Notes: generated from the letters alone by a model not told the origin. A DNA stretch of 64,000 nucleotides from a virus (IMGVR_UViG_3300049846_001081); one strand, 5' to 3'; shown: positions 48,513-58,686, counted from the first letter of the stretch. Translations and numbers: made by a program.

Positions 48513-49324
48513 TAGGATTTAATGCATTGGGGCGAATGGGTAGATTTGCCAATCAAATGTTTCAATATGCTTCTCTTAAGGGAATTGCAAGAAATGTTGG
48601 AGCAGATATTTGTATCCCAAATCATACTCATGCAGTTGATGATGGAATTGGAAACAAACTTCGCACAGAACTTTTTGATTCTTTTGATTTGAATGTAAAT
48701 GTTGGACTTTTAAACAATGGACATGCCCCAGTTGTTCAAGAAAGATTTTTTCATTTTGATGAAGAACTTTTTAAATTATGTCCAGATCATGTAAGTCTTC
48801 AAGGATATTTCCAAACAGAGAAATATTTTAAACATGTTGAAAGTGAAATTCGCGAAGACTTCACATTCAAAGATGAAATTTTAAAACCATGCAAAGAAAT
48901 GATTTCATCTGTAGAAAGTCCTATTGCATTACATGTTCGTAGAACGGATTATTTGACTAACAGTGAAAATCATTTTAATCTTTCATTGTCTTATTATGAA
49001 AATGCATTATCATATTTTGGCAATGATAGAAATGTGATTGTTTTTTCAGATGATCCTTCTTGGTGTAATGAACAAAAACTATTTGAAAATGATAGATTTT
49101 TGATTTCTGAAAACACAGACAATAGAGTGGATCTATGTTTAATGACTCTTTGTGATGATTTTATTATTGCAAATTCTTCTTATTCTTGGTGGGGTGCATG
49201 GCTTTCTTCTAATAAAAATAAAAAAGTTATTGCTCCGGACCAATGGTTTGGTACAACTGGATATACAAAAGACCACGATACTAAAGATTTAATTCCCAAT
49301 GACTGGACAAGAATCCCTGCTTGA
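48509..49324 (+). CDS. Alpha-1,2-fucosyltransferase-like (GT11)
   Basis: GRFANQMFQYA, GYFQ, HVRRTDY, ANSSYSWWGA. Confidence 0.9.
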   Translation: MIGFNALGRMGRFANQMFQYASLKGIARNVGADICIPNHTHAVDDGIGNKLRTELFDSFDLNVNVGLLNNGHAPVVQERFFHFDEELFKLCPDHVSLQGYFQTEKYFKHVESEIREDFTFKDEILKPCKEMISSVESPIALHVRRTDYLTNSENHFNLSLSYYENALSYFGNDRNVIVFSDDPSWCNEQKLFENDRFLISENTDNRVDLCLMTLCDDFIIANSSYSWWGAWLSSNKNKKVIAPDQWFGTTGYTKDHDTKDLIPNDWTRIPA

Positions 49325-50117
49325 TAAAAACAAATCAGCATTCAAACTTAAAGGTATTCCTCATATTTACTGGTTGAACCTTGATGCCGATGTTCATCGT
49401 CGGGAATATATGGAACAACAATTTAAATATTGGGAAATTGAAAATCATACCCGCATCTCTGGATTTGATGGTAGAGAAGATGATGTATCTTCTCATTTAA
49501 AGGGAAGAATACCAGATAATGTAAGTCAAAATGAGCTAGGTTGTTGCATGTCTCATTTAAAGGCAATTAAACATTTTTATGAAGAAACAGATGATGAATA
49601 TTGTTTAATCCTTGAAGATGATGTCAATTTTGATATCGTCAGGCATTGGAATTTTACATGGACAGAATTCTTTTCTTTAGTCCCGTATGATTGGGATTGT
49701 GTACAATTGACGACAATATGCACCGGAGACATTCATGTCAAGTTGCATCTCAAATTCATTAATGATTTTTCAGCTGCAATTTATCTTATCAGTAGGCATC
49801 ATGCTTCAAAACTAATGAAGCATCATATTCGCGGTGATAAATTCAAACTTGATAATGGAGTAAAACCTAGAGCGGTTTCTGAAGACACTATTTTGGAAAC
49901 TGGAAAAACTTATACAATTCCACTATTTCTTTATAATTTAGAAATGGGATCTGCCATACATCCAGAACATCTTGGTATTTTTCATAAAGCACCTCATGAT
50001 GCTCTCTTGGGATATTGGGAGCAACAAGGAGCAACGATTGATATTCGTGAACATATGAATTATGATCCTTATTTGGGTCGGATAACCGAAAATTCAATGG
50101 CACAAAATGGGGCTTGA
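49299..50117 (+). CDS. GT25 glycosyltransferase
   Basis: WLNLD...RR, GCCMSH, LILEDD. Confidence 0.85.
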   Translation: MTGQESLLDKNKSAFKLKGIPHIYWLNLDADVHRREYMEQQFKYWEIENHTRISGFDGREDDVSSHLKGRIPDNVSQNELGCCMSHLKAIKHFYEETDDEYCLILEDDVNFDIVRHWNFTWTEFFSLVPYDWDCVQLTTICTGDIHVKLHLKFINDFSAAIYLISRHHASKLMKHHIRGDKFKLDNGVKPRAVSEDTILETGKTYTIPLFLYNLEMGSAIHPEHLGIFHKAPHDALLGYWEQQGATIDIREHMNYDPYLGRITENSMAQNGA

Positions 50118-50218
50118 CATGATCCCAAAGTAAATGTTAAGATAAATACCGTGAAGTGACAGTGCCGCAATTATTTGCATAGTCACACATTATGTCCTAT
50201 AGAACAAAAACAAAATCT

Positions 50219-51712
50219 ATGAAACTCAAACAACTGATGCTTGCACCTGTTGCTCTGGGAATGGTTGCTCCTGTTGCTGCAAATGCCGCAGATCTTAATA
50301 TGGTAGCAGTCAACCAATACTCTTCTGAGCAGGTTACAAGTGTCTCACAACTGTCTGATGTGCAACCCACCGACTGGGCATATCAGGCACTCAGCAACCT
50401 TGTAGAGCGTTATGGTTGCGTTGCTGGTTATCCCAATGGCACCTATGGTGGTGGTAAGGCAATGACCCGATTTGAAGCCGCAGCACTTCTAAATGCTTGT
50501 CTGGATCGTGTAACTGAAAACACTGATGAACTCAAGCGTCTTGCTGATGAGTTCCGCAATGAACTGACTGTAATCCAAGGTTCTGTTTCTAAACTAGAAG
50601 CACAAGTTGGACAACTTGAAGCAACTCAGTTCTCCACTACTACTAAACTGAAAGGTGAAGCATCTTTCGTTCTTGGTGGTGTTGATGATGCCTGGACTCC
50701 TGGCAAGGATGCCAGTACGAATGTTGGCAACACTGCATTCAACTATGATCTTCGTATCAACCTTGATACTTCTTTCACTGGTAAAGATCTGCTTCGCACT
50801 CGTCTGCGTTCGGGTAACTTCTCCAGTCAACCCTTCGGTTCTTCTTCGTCCCTGTTCAAACTGGATAAGGCAGAGAGCACTGCTGATGTAGTTAAACTGG
50901 ACCGCCTGTATTATAGTTTCCCTGCACTTGCTAAGGGTGTAACCCTGACTGCTGGTGCTCTGGTTCGTAATACAGAGATGACCTGGATTCCTTCTGCTTA
51001 TAAGTCGGATGTTCTGGACTTTTTCCAACTTGCTGGTGCCCCTGGTGTCTATAACAAGGCAACTGGTTCTGGTTTTGGAGCCCAGTGGGTACAAGGTAAG
51101 AAAGGTTTTGTTGCTGGTCTGAATTATGTTGCCCAAGGTGGTTCTGATTCCACCAAAGGTGAATTTAATGAGAAGGGTTCTCTGAATACTCTTGCTCAGA
51201 TTGGTTACCGTGCTCCTAATTATGGTGTTGCATTCGGTTATCGTTATGGTACTGAGGGCACCCGTGTTCGTACCTTTAATGGTGTTCTGGGTTCTTCTGG
51301 TTCTCTTGCTCCTGGTCAAACCTCTAATGGTTATGCTCTGAGTGCTTACTGGCAACCTTCCAAGTCTGGCATCATTCCTTCTGTGAGTGGTGGTTATGGT
51401 TGGAATACTGTAAGTCTGAATGCCGAAGGTGAAGCAACTCCTAATGGTGCTACCGATTCGCAAACTTGGTACGCTGGTCTTCAGTGGTCTGATGTACTTG
51501 CTAAAGGTAACTCAGCTGGTTTCGCTATTGGTCAACCTGGTAATGCAGAAGGACTTGATAAGGAAGCAACGATGTGGGAAGTCTTCTACAAGTATAAGGT
51601 TTCCGACAACATCACTGTTACTCCTGCAGTGTTCTATGTGTCCAACAATCAGGCACTTTCGGATACCTCTTCCAACTATGGTGGTGTAATTCAAACTACC
51701 TTCCGTTTCTGA
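50219..51712 (+). CDS. Cyanobacterial-type outer-membrane porin (SLH + OprB-like barrel, Som family)
   Basis: Signal peptide, SDVQPTDWAYQALSNLVERYGC SLH, TRFEAAALL, C-terminal TTFRF. Confidence 0.92.
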   Translation: MKLKQLMLAPVALGMVAPVAANAADLNMVAVNQYSSEQVTSVSQLSDVQPTDWAYQALSNLVERYGCVAGYPNGTYGGGKAMTRFEAAALLNACLDRVTENTDELKRLADEFRNELTVIQGSVSKLEAQVGQLEATQFSTTTKLKGEASFVLGGVDDAWTPGKDASTNVGNTAFNYDLRINLDTSFTGKDLLRTRLRSGNFSSQPFGSSSSLFKLDKAESTADVVKLDRLYYSFPALAKGVTLTAGALVRNTEMTWIPSAYKSDVLDFFQLAGAPGVYNKATGSGFGAQWVQGKKGFVAGLNYVAQGGSDSTKGEFNEKGSLNTLAQIGYRAPNYGVAFGYRYGTEGTRVRTFNGVLGSSGSLAPGQTSNGYALSAYWQPSKSGIIPSVSGGYGWNTVSLNAEGEATPNGATDSQTWYAGLQWSDVLAKGNSAGFAIGQPGNAEGLDKEATMWEVFYKYKVSDNITVTPAVFYVSNNQALSDTSSNYGGVIQTTFRF

Positions 51713-51734
51713 TAAACCACTCATAAGTTGAGTG

Positions 51735-51762
51735 AAAGCACCCCAGAAAGGGGTGCTTTTTT
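51735..51762 (+). terminator. Rho-independent terminator
   Basis: AAAGCACCCC/GGGGTGCTTT + T-run. Confidence 0.8.
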
Positions 51763-51857
51763 ATGAAATCTAAACCTTAACCAAATCTTAGTGGACTTTA
51801 AGGTTTACTTCCAGTATCATTACTTACGAAGTCAATTCACTTCTAAACAAACTTTTT

Positions 51858-52820
51858 ATGAAACTAAAAAACTTTATTGCTATTGGTCTGGTTGTTGCTC
51901 CTGCCACTGCTCTTGCTGGACCCACTTTGAATGGTGCTGGTGCCACCTTCCCTGCACCAATTTATCAACGCTGGTTCCAAGATTATGCACGAACTTCTGG
52001 GAATAGGGTTAATTATCAGTCCGTTGGTTCTGGTGCTGGTGTTCGTCAATTCCTTGCGGGAACGGTTGATTTCGCAGCAAGCGATGAACCAATCAAACCA
52101 GCAGAAGCAGCAAAGGTGAAGCGTGGTGTCGTTCAAATTCCTATGGTAGGTGGAACGATTGCTGTTGCTTATAACAAGCCTGGTTGCAAACTGAAACTGA
52201 CCCAGAAGCAAACCGTTGATGTATTCTCTGGACGCATTAAGGATTGGAAAGCACTTGGTTGCTCCGCTGGTCCTATTCAAGTTGTGTATCGTTCTGATGG
52301 ATCTGGAACTACCTTTGCATTCACCAACTCTCTGGATGCATTCGGTGGTTGGGCTCCTGGTGTTGGTAAGGCAGTCAAGTGGCCTACTGGTGTTGGTTCA
52401 AAAGGTAATGAAGGTGTTGCTGGAACCATCAAGAACACTCCTGGTGGTATTGGTTATGTTAACACTGGTTTTGTTCGTGCTAACAAACTCCAAGCCGCCG
52501 TATTGCAGAACAAGGCAGGTAAGTTCGTTGGCCCTTCTGCTGCGACTGGTTCCTCTGCTCTGAATGGTATTACTCTGGATGCTAATCTTGCTGGTGAGAA
52601 CCCTAATCCTGCTGGTGTAAATGCATATCCCATTTCTACTTTGACTTGGATTCTTGCTTATAAGAAAGGCAATGGTGCAAAAACAGATGATATCCGTGCC
52701 GCTATCAACTATGCTCTAAGCACCAAGGCACAATCTATTGCTGATGACCTTGGATATGTTCCTCTTTCAGGAAGTGTTCTGAACAAAGCACGTCTTGCTG
52801 TTGGTCGTATCGGTCAATAA
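51858..52820 (+). CDS. pstS: Phosphate-binding protein
   Basis: GAGATFPAP, YQSVGSGAG, VDFAASD, RSDGSGTT, YPI. Confidence 0.96.
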   Translation: MKLKNFIAIGLVVAPATALAGPTLNGAGATFPAPIYQRWFQDYARTSGNRVNYQSVGSGAGVRQFLAGTVDFAASDEPIKPAEAAKVKRGVVQIPMVGGTIAVAYNKPGCKLKLTQKQTVDVFSGRIKDWKALGCSAGPIQVVYRSDGSGTTFAFTNSLDAFGGWAPGVGKAVKWPTGVGSKGNEGVAGTIKNTPGGIGYVNTGFVRANKLQAAVLQNKAGKFVGPSAATGSSALNGITLDANLAGENPNPAGVNAYPISTLTWILAYKKGNGAKTDDIRAAINYALSTKAQSIADDLGYVPLSGSVLNKARLAVGRIGQ

Positions 52821-52933
52821 TGTAAGCATTTATACTTATTAAAGTCAGAATTCTCTAACAAGGGTGGGTTTCCCCCCTTGTTTTTTCTTTAGGTTTCCTA
52901 TATAATTGTGTAACAGTTCTTTACAAATCTATT

Positions 52934-53143
52934 ATGACTGTAACAACTAATGATCGTGGACAACAAAACATGTGGGCAATTGAGCCACCTGTTTATATTT
53001 CTGATGAAGATGCAAAGAAGTATGGAATGAAGAGTTATGCTGAACGAGCCGAATCTGCTAATGGTCGCTGGGCTATGCTTGGGATCGTGGCTGGTTTTAT
53101 CTCTTACGCACTAACGGGTCATCTATTTTTTGGTGTAATCTGA
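52934..53143 (+). CDS. hli: High-light-inducible protein
   Basis: AESANGRWAMLG chlorophyll-binding motif. Confidence 0.92.
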   Translation: MTVTTNDRGQQNMWAIEPPVYISDEDAKKYGMKSYAERAESANGRWAMLGIVAGFISYALTGHLFFGVI

Positions 53144-53152
53144 GACTTGACA

Positions 53153-53239
53153 ATGACTTCAATTATCTTTACAATAACTAGTGTCGCCTTTTTTGTTTTA
53201 CTGGCACATTCAGTTAATCAACTCTCAGAAACTTATTAA
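53153..53239 (+). CDS. Single-TM microprotein (28 aa)
   Basis: MTSIIFTITSVAFFVLLAHSVNQLSETY fills the hli-petF gap. Confidence 0.45.
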   Translation: MTSIIFTITSVAFFVLLAHSVNQLSETY

Positions 53240-53758
<519 letters not shown>

Positions 53759-53766
<8 letters not shown>

Positions 53767-53866
53767 AAGAGCAGAACGTATTAATGGTTGGGCAGCTATG
53801 ATTGGTATTATTGCTGCTATGGGCAGTTACGCTGCCACTGGTCAGATTATTCCTGGCATTTGGTGA
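53759..53866 (+). CDS. hli: Second high-light-inducible protein (35 aa, not in ORF track)
   Basis: MNERAERINGWAAMIGIIAAMGSYAATGQIIPGIW; AAGGAG RBS. Confidence 0.9.
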
Positions 53867-53877
53867 TGGAGGTTCCT

Positions 53878-54405
53878 ATGCGTAGAGAAGGTTATACTAT
53901 TCCTGAAGTTCAATTTCAGTTTCGTGAGAATGGTGAGTTTGTAACACGCACATCTTCTGATCTTTTTAGTGGAAAACGTGTAGTAATTTTTAGCTTGCCT
54001 GGTGCTTTCACTCCTACTTGCAGTGCTTATCAACTACCTGGTTTTGAGGAGAAGTTTGATGATTTTACTGCACTAGGTATTGATGATATTTACTGCATTT
54101 CTGTTAATGATGGATTTGTTATGAATGCTTGGGCACAAGACCAAAACATCAAGAACGTCACTCTAATCCCAGACGGAAATGCATATTTCACACGTTCTAT
54201 GGGAATGCTTGTCAATAAGTCTAACCTTGGTTTCGGTGATCGCTCTTGGCGTTATGCTGCAGTCGTGGATAACGGAATCATCGAAAAACTATTCGTTGAA
54301 GTGGGGCAACGGGACAACGCAGACACCGACCCTTACGAAGCGACTACTCCAGAAACTGTTTTTGAATATGTAAAAACAACAGTACGAGAAACTGTTACTG
54401 TCTGA
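53878..54405 (+). CDS. Peroxiredoxin (Prx5/type II)
   Basis: PGAFTPTCS, SVNDGFVM, DGN..FT, RSWRY; GGAGG RBS. Confidence 0.92.
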   Translation: MRREGYTIPEVQFQFRENGEFVTRTSSDLFSGKRVVIFSLPGAFTPTCSAYQLPGFEEKFDDFTALGIDDIYCISVNDGFVMNAWAQDQNIKNVTLIPDGNAYFTRSMGMLVNKSNLGFGDRSWRYAAVVDNGIIEKLFVEVGQRDNADTDPYEATTPETVFEYVKTTVRETVTV

Positions 54406-54413
54406 TAATACTC

Positions 54414-54439
54414 AAAGCGCCTAAAAAGGCGCTTTTTTT
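54414..54439 (+). terminator. Rho-independent terminator
   Basis: AAAGCGCCT/AGGCGCTTT + T-run, followed by TATAAATA late promoter. Confidence 0.8.
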
Positions 54440-54470
54440 ATAAATACTCCAGTGTTTAGAGTAATATCCA

Positions 54471-55142
54471 ATGACCCTAGATCTTCATAACTTTTTTAAG
54501 TTTTATGATGATGGTAACGCGAATCATGTAGCAGCAGTTCAGTGGTTAGAGGATAACCTACCTGCTCAATTTTTAGATGATGCGGAGACAGATTGGATTG
54601 GAATGTTCAGAACCAAACCACCAACTCCAGCAGTTCTTGATGTTCCATATTTCAATCAAGTAGATAACTACAGAGATGCACATAGAACTTGTAACAGTTC
54701 GTCATGTGCTATGTGTCTTGCTTTCCTCAAGCCAGGAAGCATTAAAGGTGATGACGAATACGTCAAGAAAGTATTTGCAATTGGTGATACGACTGACCAT
54801 GCCGTACAGACAAAAGTTCTGGCAGGTTATGGAATTAAGTCACACTTTAGTTACAATCTTTCTTTTGCTGATATTGATAAGAGTCTTGATGCTGGGAAAC
54901 CTGTCGTTATTGGTATCCTGCATCGCGGTTCTTTATCTGCACCTACTGGTGGGCACATGTGTGTTGTAATTGGTAAGACTCCAGATGGCAAAGGATACTA
55001 TATTAATGACCCATATGGTTCTCTAAACGATAACTATACTGGTCCAGTCACAAATGGTAAAAAGACCATTTACACCAAAGCAGTTCTCAAGCACCGTTGG
55101 TGTCCAGGAGGCAACGATGGATGGGGAAGAATCTTCGATTAA
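54471..55142 (+). CDS. C39-like cysteine peptidase (putative endolysin)
   Basis: VPYFNQ.DN, CNSSSCAM, GHMCVVIG, NDPYG. Confidence 0.8.
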   Translation: MTLDLHNFFKFYDDGNANHVAAVQWLEDNLPAQFLDDAETDWIGMFRTKPPTPAVLDVPYFNQVDNYRDAHRTCNSSSCAMCLAFLKPGSIKGDDEYVKKVFAIGDTTDHAVQTKVLAGYGIKSHFSYNLSFADIDKSLDAGKPVVIGILHRGSLSAPTGGHMCVVIGKTPDGKGYYINDPYGSLNDNYTGPVTNGKKTIYTKAVLKHRWCPGGNDGWGRIFD

Positions 55143-55240
55143 TTTTAAGAGAAAGATGCTTAAAGTAATTAAGGATCTTACTAATAACGGTAGACATAAG
55201 GAAGCAAACGATCTTTATCAAAAGTATTTCGGAGGACAAA

Positions 55241-55915
55241 ATGGCAAGAATTGATTTGCACAATTTCTTCAAGTTTTATGACGAGAAGAATCCTAACCAT
55301 GTAAAAGCAGTTCAATGGTTAGAAGATAATCTACCAGTTCAATATCTTGAGGATAATGTGGACTGGGCAGAGATTTATCGCGGAAAAAAGACTAGTGCTG
55401 CATCAGCATCAGCTCCTGTCGCTGTTGCAGCTCCTGTAACGGGTGGTGATGATGTCCCACAAATGGGCATCAAGTTGATCAAAGAGTTTGAAGGATGCCA
55501 TCTGAAGGCATATCCTGACCCTCTGACTGGTGGACTTCCAATCACAATCGGTTGGGGTTCTACCCGCAAGAAAGATGGTTCAGCATTCAAACTTGGAGAT
55601 ACACTTACACAACAAGAGGCGGATGAACTCTTAATTGAACAATGTAAAAAAGAGTTTCTCCCAGCACTTCGTAAAATTCCACATTGGGGGGAGATGTCAG
55701 ATGGGAAACGCGGAGCACTTCTCAGCTTTGCTTATAATCTTGGCGCTGGTTTCTACGGCGGCGATAACTTTAATACTATTACTAAACGCCTGAAGAATAA
55801 GGAGTGGGACTTAGTTCCTGATGCTCTTTATCTCTACCGCAATCCTGGTTCTAATGTAGAGGCAGGTCTCGCCAGACGCCGTAAGGCAGAAGGTGAATCC
55901 TGGAAGAAAGGATAA
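55241..55915 (+). CDS. GH24 lysozyme (endolysin)
   Basis: IKEFEGC.L.AY.D, TIGWG, SFAYNLG, GLARRRKAE. Confidence 0.92.
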   Translation: MARIDLHNFFKFYDEKNPNHVKAVQWLEDNLPVQYLEDNVDWAEIYRGKKTSAASASAPVAVAAPVTGGDDVPQMGIKLIKEFEGCHLKAYPDPLTGGLPITIGWGSTRKKDGSAFKLGDTLTQQEADELLIEQCKKEFLPALRKIPHWGEMSDGKRGALLSFAYNLGAGFYGGDNFNTITKRLKNKEWDLVPDALYLYRNPGSNVEAGLARRRKAEGESWKKG

Positions 55916-55971
55916 ATAGTTACAATCAACACTGATTCTTGATCTTAACTGGTCTGAATCTACATACTCCG

Positions 55972-56054
55972 AGTCCTCTGTGATTCGGTGAATACTTTAC
56001 TTTTAAACACACTTCGGTCTGTTTTGTTTAGTACACACTGAACCATAGAGGACT
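55972..56054 (+). promoter_or_regulatory. Long hairpin sequestering the RBS of the autotransporter-like gene
   Basis: 55972-55990 pairs with 56036-56054 (contains AGAGGA); apical cUUCGg. Confidence 0.65.
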
Positions 56055-56058
56055 TTAT

Positions 56059-58686
56059 ATGTCTTACACTAAAAGGGCGCTTGCTGCAGCGTCTGCGCTA
56101 TTAGTTGGCGCACCAGCAACACTTGCAGGAAATGTCACATTACAAGGCAACTGCGTAAAAATCGGTACAAGTGATTTAGGAACCATTGGTTCGCAAGGAA
56201 ACACCGCACCAGGTATTCTCTACGATTCCACTTGCACATCAACCTTTAATCCATCATACGATTATCTCACACCAGGAACTCCTTTTGAGGGTTGGACAAT
56301 TAAGGGATTAAACGGAACCGCAGTTCTTTTTAATCACACTAATAATAATGCTTCTTATATGGGTTCTAGTCCAGTTACAGGAACCAACGTAGATTACTCT
56401 GGTGTATCATACAGAGGAGTCACATTTGATAATCGTGCCGTATGGTCTGGTTCCACATCAAACTTTCATATTGAACACGATGTAAGATTTAATGATTCTC
56501 AACACTTCGTCGATATTAATACTCGTTTAGAGTTTCTGATTGCTGTTCCTACTCTTTACTTCGGTAGATTCACTGACCCAGACGCAAGAGCAGCTGCAGG
56601 AGATAGTTCAGCAACACTTAATGTCAGAGGATATGCTGGTGGTATTCCAGCAACTAATGTAGTTCTATCAGAAGCACTTGCATCCAAATATGCTCTTGGA
56701 TTATTCACAGGACAAATCGGTGGAGTCAACTCTGGTGTAAGTGCTGGATGGACTAGTGATCCAGTTGACTATTATAATGGAGTCAATGATGGTGATGGAG
56801 ACTACACTATTGGTCTTGGATTTATGTTCTCTGGTATTTCTGCTGGAGACATCATTAACGTTCAGTATGCTTATATCTTCGGACCTTCTGCTTTTGCTGC
56901 TGGTTCTGGTGCCGTTGCTGGCGGTGCTGGTGGATCTACTCCAACAACCTTCACTGTTACTGATGTAGGTTCTGCTTCTGCCCCCACAACTCCTTCCACA
57001 CCAACAGTCACGGGAACTTCAACAACAGATTCAGTATCAACTTCAACGTCATCATCAACCAGAACTGAAACTTCTTATGTAACCAGAACTGTCAACTCAA
57101 CTGATTCTGATGGAAATCCAGTTGTAAGAACGTATGTTGATACTGTTGTAACAACCATTCCAGTTACAACCACGACAACCACTACAACACCAGTTACAAC
57201 TACAACTTATTCTGATGGAACTTCAACTAGTTCATCAGGAACACCAATCGTTACAACTTCAACTTCTGATGGAACTGGAACTGATGCTGTTACTGGAACT
57301 ATTCTTGATGCTACTGCTGTTACAAGAACTGTTACAACATCTTCAAGTTCTAACTCTTCCACAACAGGAACCAGAACAGTCACTAGAACTGTAACTGATA
57401 CTGATGCATCTGGAAATCCAAGAACTAGAACTTATACTGATACTGTTCTTGATACAACACCAGTTACAACAACCACAACTACGTCCACACCAGTTACAAC
57501 CATCTATCACGCAGACGGTTCAACCACAGTTGTAGAAGGAACTTCTACATCATCAAGTTCTTCATCAAACGGAACCACAAGTTCTTCTGTAATTGCTACG
57601 GCTCTTGATTCAACCGCAATTACAAGACCTTCTGTATCAACCTCATCAGTTCAATCAACAACTCTTCCAGTTGTAAATGTAACTCTTACCGAGCACGATG
57701 CATCTGAAAATAAAGGAGTTCAGAAGATTGCAAGACATCATGCAACAACCACTACAACTCCAATGGTAAGAACTGTTGTAACTACACCAGTTACAACTAC
57801 AACAAACTCTGATGGAACTGAAAATGTAACTAACGGAACACCAGTAATCACTTATGAACTCTGGAATGATGTTGGCATCTCACATGCATATGATAATCTA
57901 TTTGGTCGTGTAGATCAGTTAGAAGTTCTTGATGGAATCAATGATGGTATCAATGGACTTCTGAATCACGAACCTTCAAGAACAAAAGAAAGATTGAGAG
58001 TATTTGAGAACAATAGATTTGTTCAGTCCTATAATGCTGATGGATATTCCGCTGATAGTAAAATCTTCGGTGGTGGATTTGAGTTTGATGTAACCAAAGG
58101 TTGGACTGTTGGTTATCAATATAATAATGTAAATATCAAACTTCGTGGTGTTGATTCAAACTCATCACAAGTTAAGAACGTTCACGGTATCTTCAACACA
58201 TTCCACGGTAATACATTTACTCTGAATACTAACGCTGCAATTGCAGATAGTAAATACAACTACACCAGAACAGTTGAAGGTGTATTTAATAATGCGGGTG
58301 AAACAAAAGGAAATGAGTGGTGGGTATCAAATCGTCTCTATATGCATGTAACAAAGTGGTTAAGTCCATTTGTTGGTTATACAGTTCAGAATGTAAAGAG
58401 AAACGCATACACTGAAACAGGTTCTATTCAATCTGCAAGGAGTGTTGAAGCATTTAATCAAACAACTCATGTTGGTGAAGCTGGACTTAAGTTGGAAACT
58501 CGCTTTGGTGGTAAGAAGAAGGATCTGTTTGGAGTTAGTGTAGAGGGTTCTTATGGAACTGATAATTCTTATGGTGTAAATGCATCAGTAGATTACAAAG
58601 AAATGTTAATTATTGAAGCATCTCATGGTGTAAACAATGGTGTAACTAACAACTCTATTGCAGGTAAGGTTAAGTTTAGGTTCTAA
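56059..58686 (+). CDS. Autotransporter-like outer-membrane protein with Ser/Thr-rich repeat passenger
   Basis: Signal peptide, long T/S-rich repeats, beta-barrel-like C-terminus ending VKFRF. Confidence 0.7.
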   Translation: MSYTKRALAAASALLVGAPATLAGNVTLQGNCVKIGTSDLGTIGSQGNTAPGILYDSTCTSTFNPSYDYLTPGTPFEGWTIKGLNGTAVLFNHTNNNASYMGSSPVTGTNVDYSGVSYRGVTFDNRAVWSGSTSNFHIEHDVRFNDSQHFVDINTRLEFLIAVPTLYFGRFTDPDARAAAGDSSATLNVRGYAGGIPATNVVLSEALASKYALGLFTGQIGGVNSGVSAGWTSDPVDYYNGVNDGDGDYTIGLGFMFSGISAGDIINVQYAYIFGPSAFAAGSGAVAGGAGGSTPTTFTVTDVGSASAPTTPSTPTVTGTSTTDSVSTSTSSSTRTETSYVTRTVNSTDSDGNPVVRTYVDTVVTTIPVTTTTTTTTPVTTTTYSDGTSTSSSGTPIVTTSTSDGTGTDAVTGTILDATAVTRTVTTSSSSNSSTTGTRTVTRTVTDTDASGNPRTRTYTDTVLDTTPVTTTTTTSTPVTTIYHADGSTTVVEGTSTSSSSSSNGTTSSSVIATALDSTAITRPSVSTSSVQSTTLPVVNVTLTEHDASENKGVQKIARHHATTTTTPMVRTVVTTPVTTTTNSDGTENVTNGTPVITYELWNDVGISHAYDNLFGRVDQLEVLDGINDGINGLLNHEPSRTKERLRVFENNRFVQSYNADGYSADSKIFGGGFEFDVTKGWTVGYQYNNVNIKLRGVDSNSSQVKNVHGIFNTFHGNTFTLNTNAAIADSKYNYTRTVEGVFNNAGETKGNEWWVSNRLYMHVTKWLSPFVGYTVQNVKRNAYTETGSIQSARSVEAFNQTTHVGEAGLKLETRFGGKKKDLFGVSVEGSYGTDNSYGVNASVDYKEMLIIEASHGVNNGVTNNSIAGKVKFRF
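57040..57850 (+). repeat. Imperfect internal repeats of the Thr-rich stalk
   Basis: VTRTV..TD..GNP..RTY.DTV...PVTTTT twice; ACACCAGTTACAAC recurs four times. Confidence 0.8.

Noticed and set aside
35229-50117. Sugar island as a DNA hypermodification system
   Set aside because: No dCMP/dUMP hydroxymethylase, base hydroxylase or T4-type DNA glucosyltransferase in the window, and the GT families are surface-glycan types. It cannot be excluded without the rest of the genome
50594-51463. 289-aa antisense ORF in the porin gene (similar ones at 139-810, 51864-52280, 63694-63972)
   Set aside because: Mirror frames of highly biased + strand genes; the translations are not protein-like
52909-52925. 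NtcA site upstream of hli
   Set aside because: Spacing is TGTA-N9-TACA rather than N8; the HLR1 reading fits better
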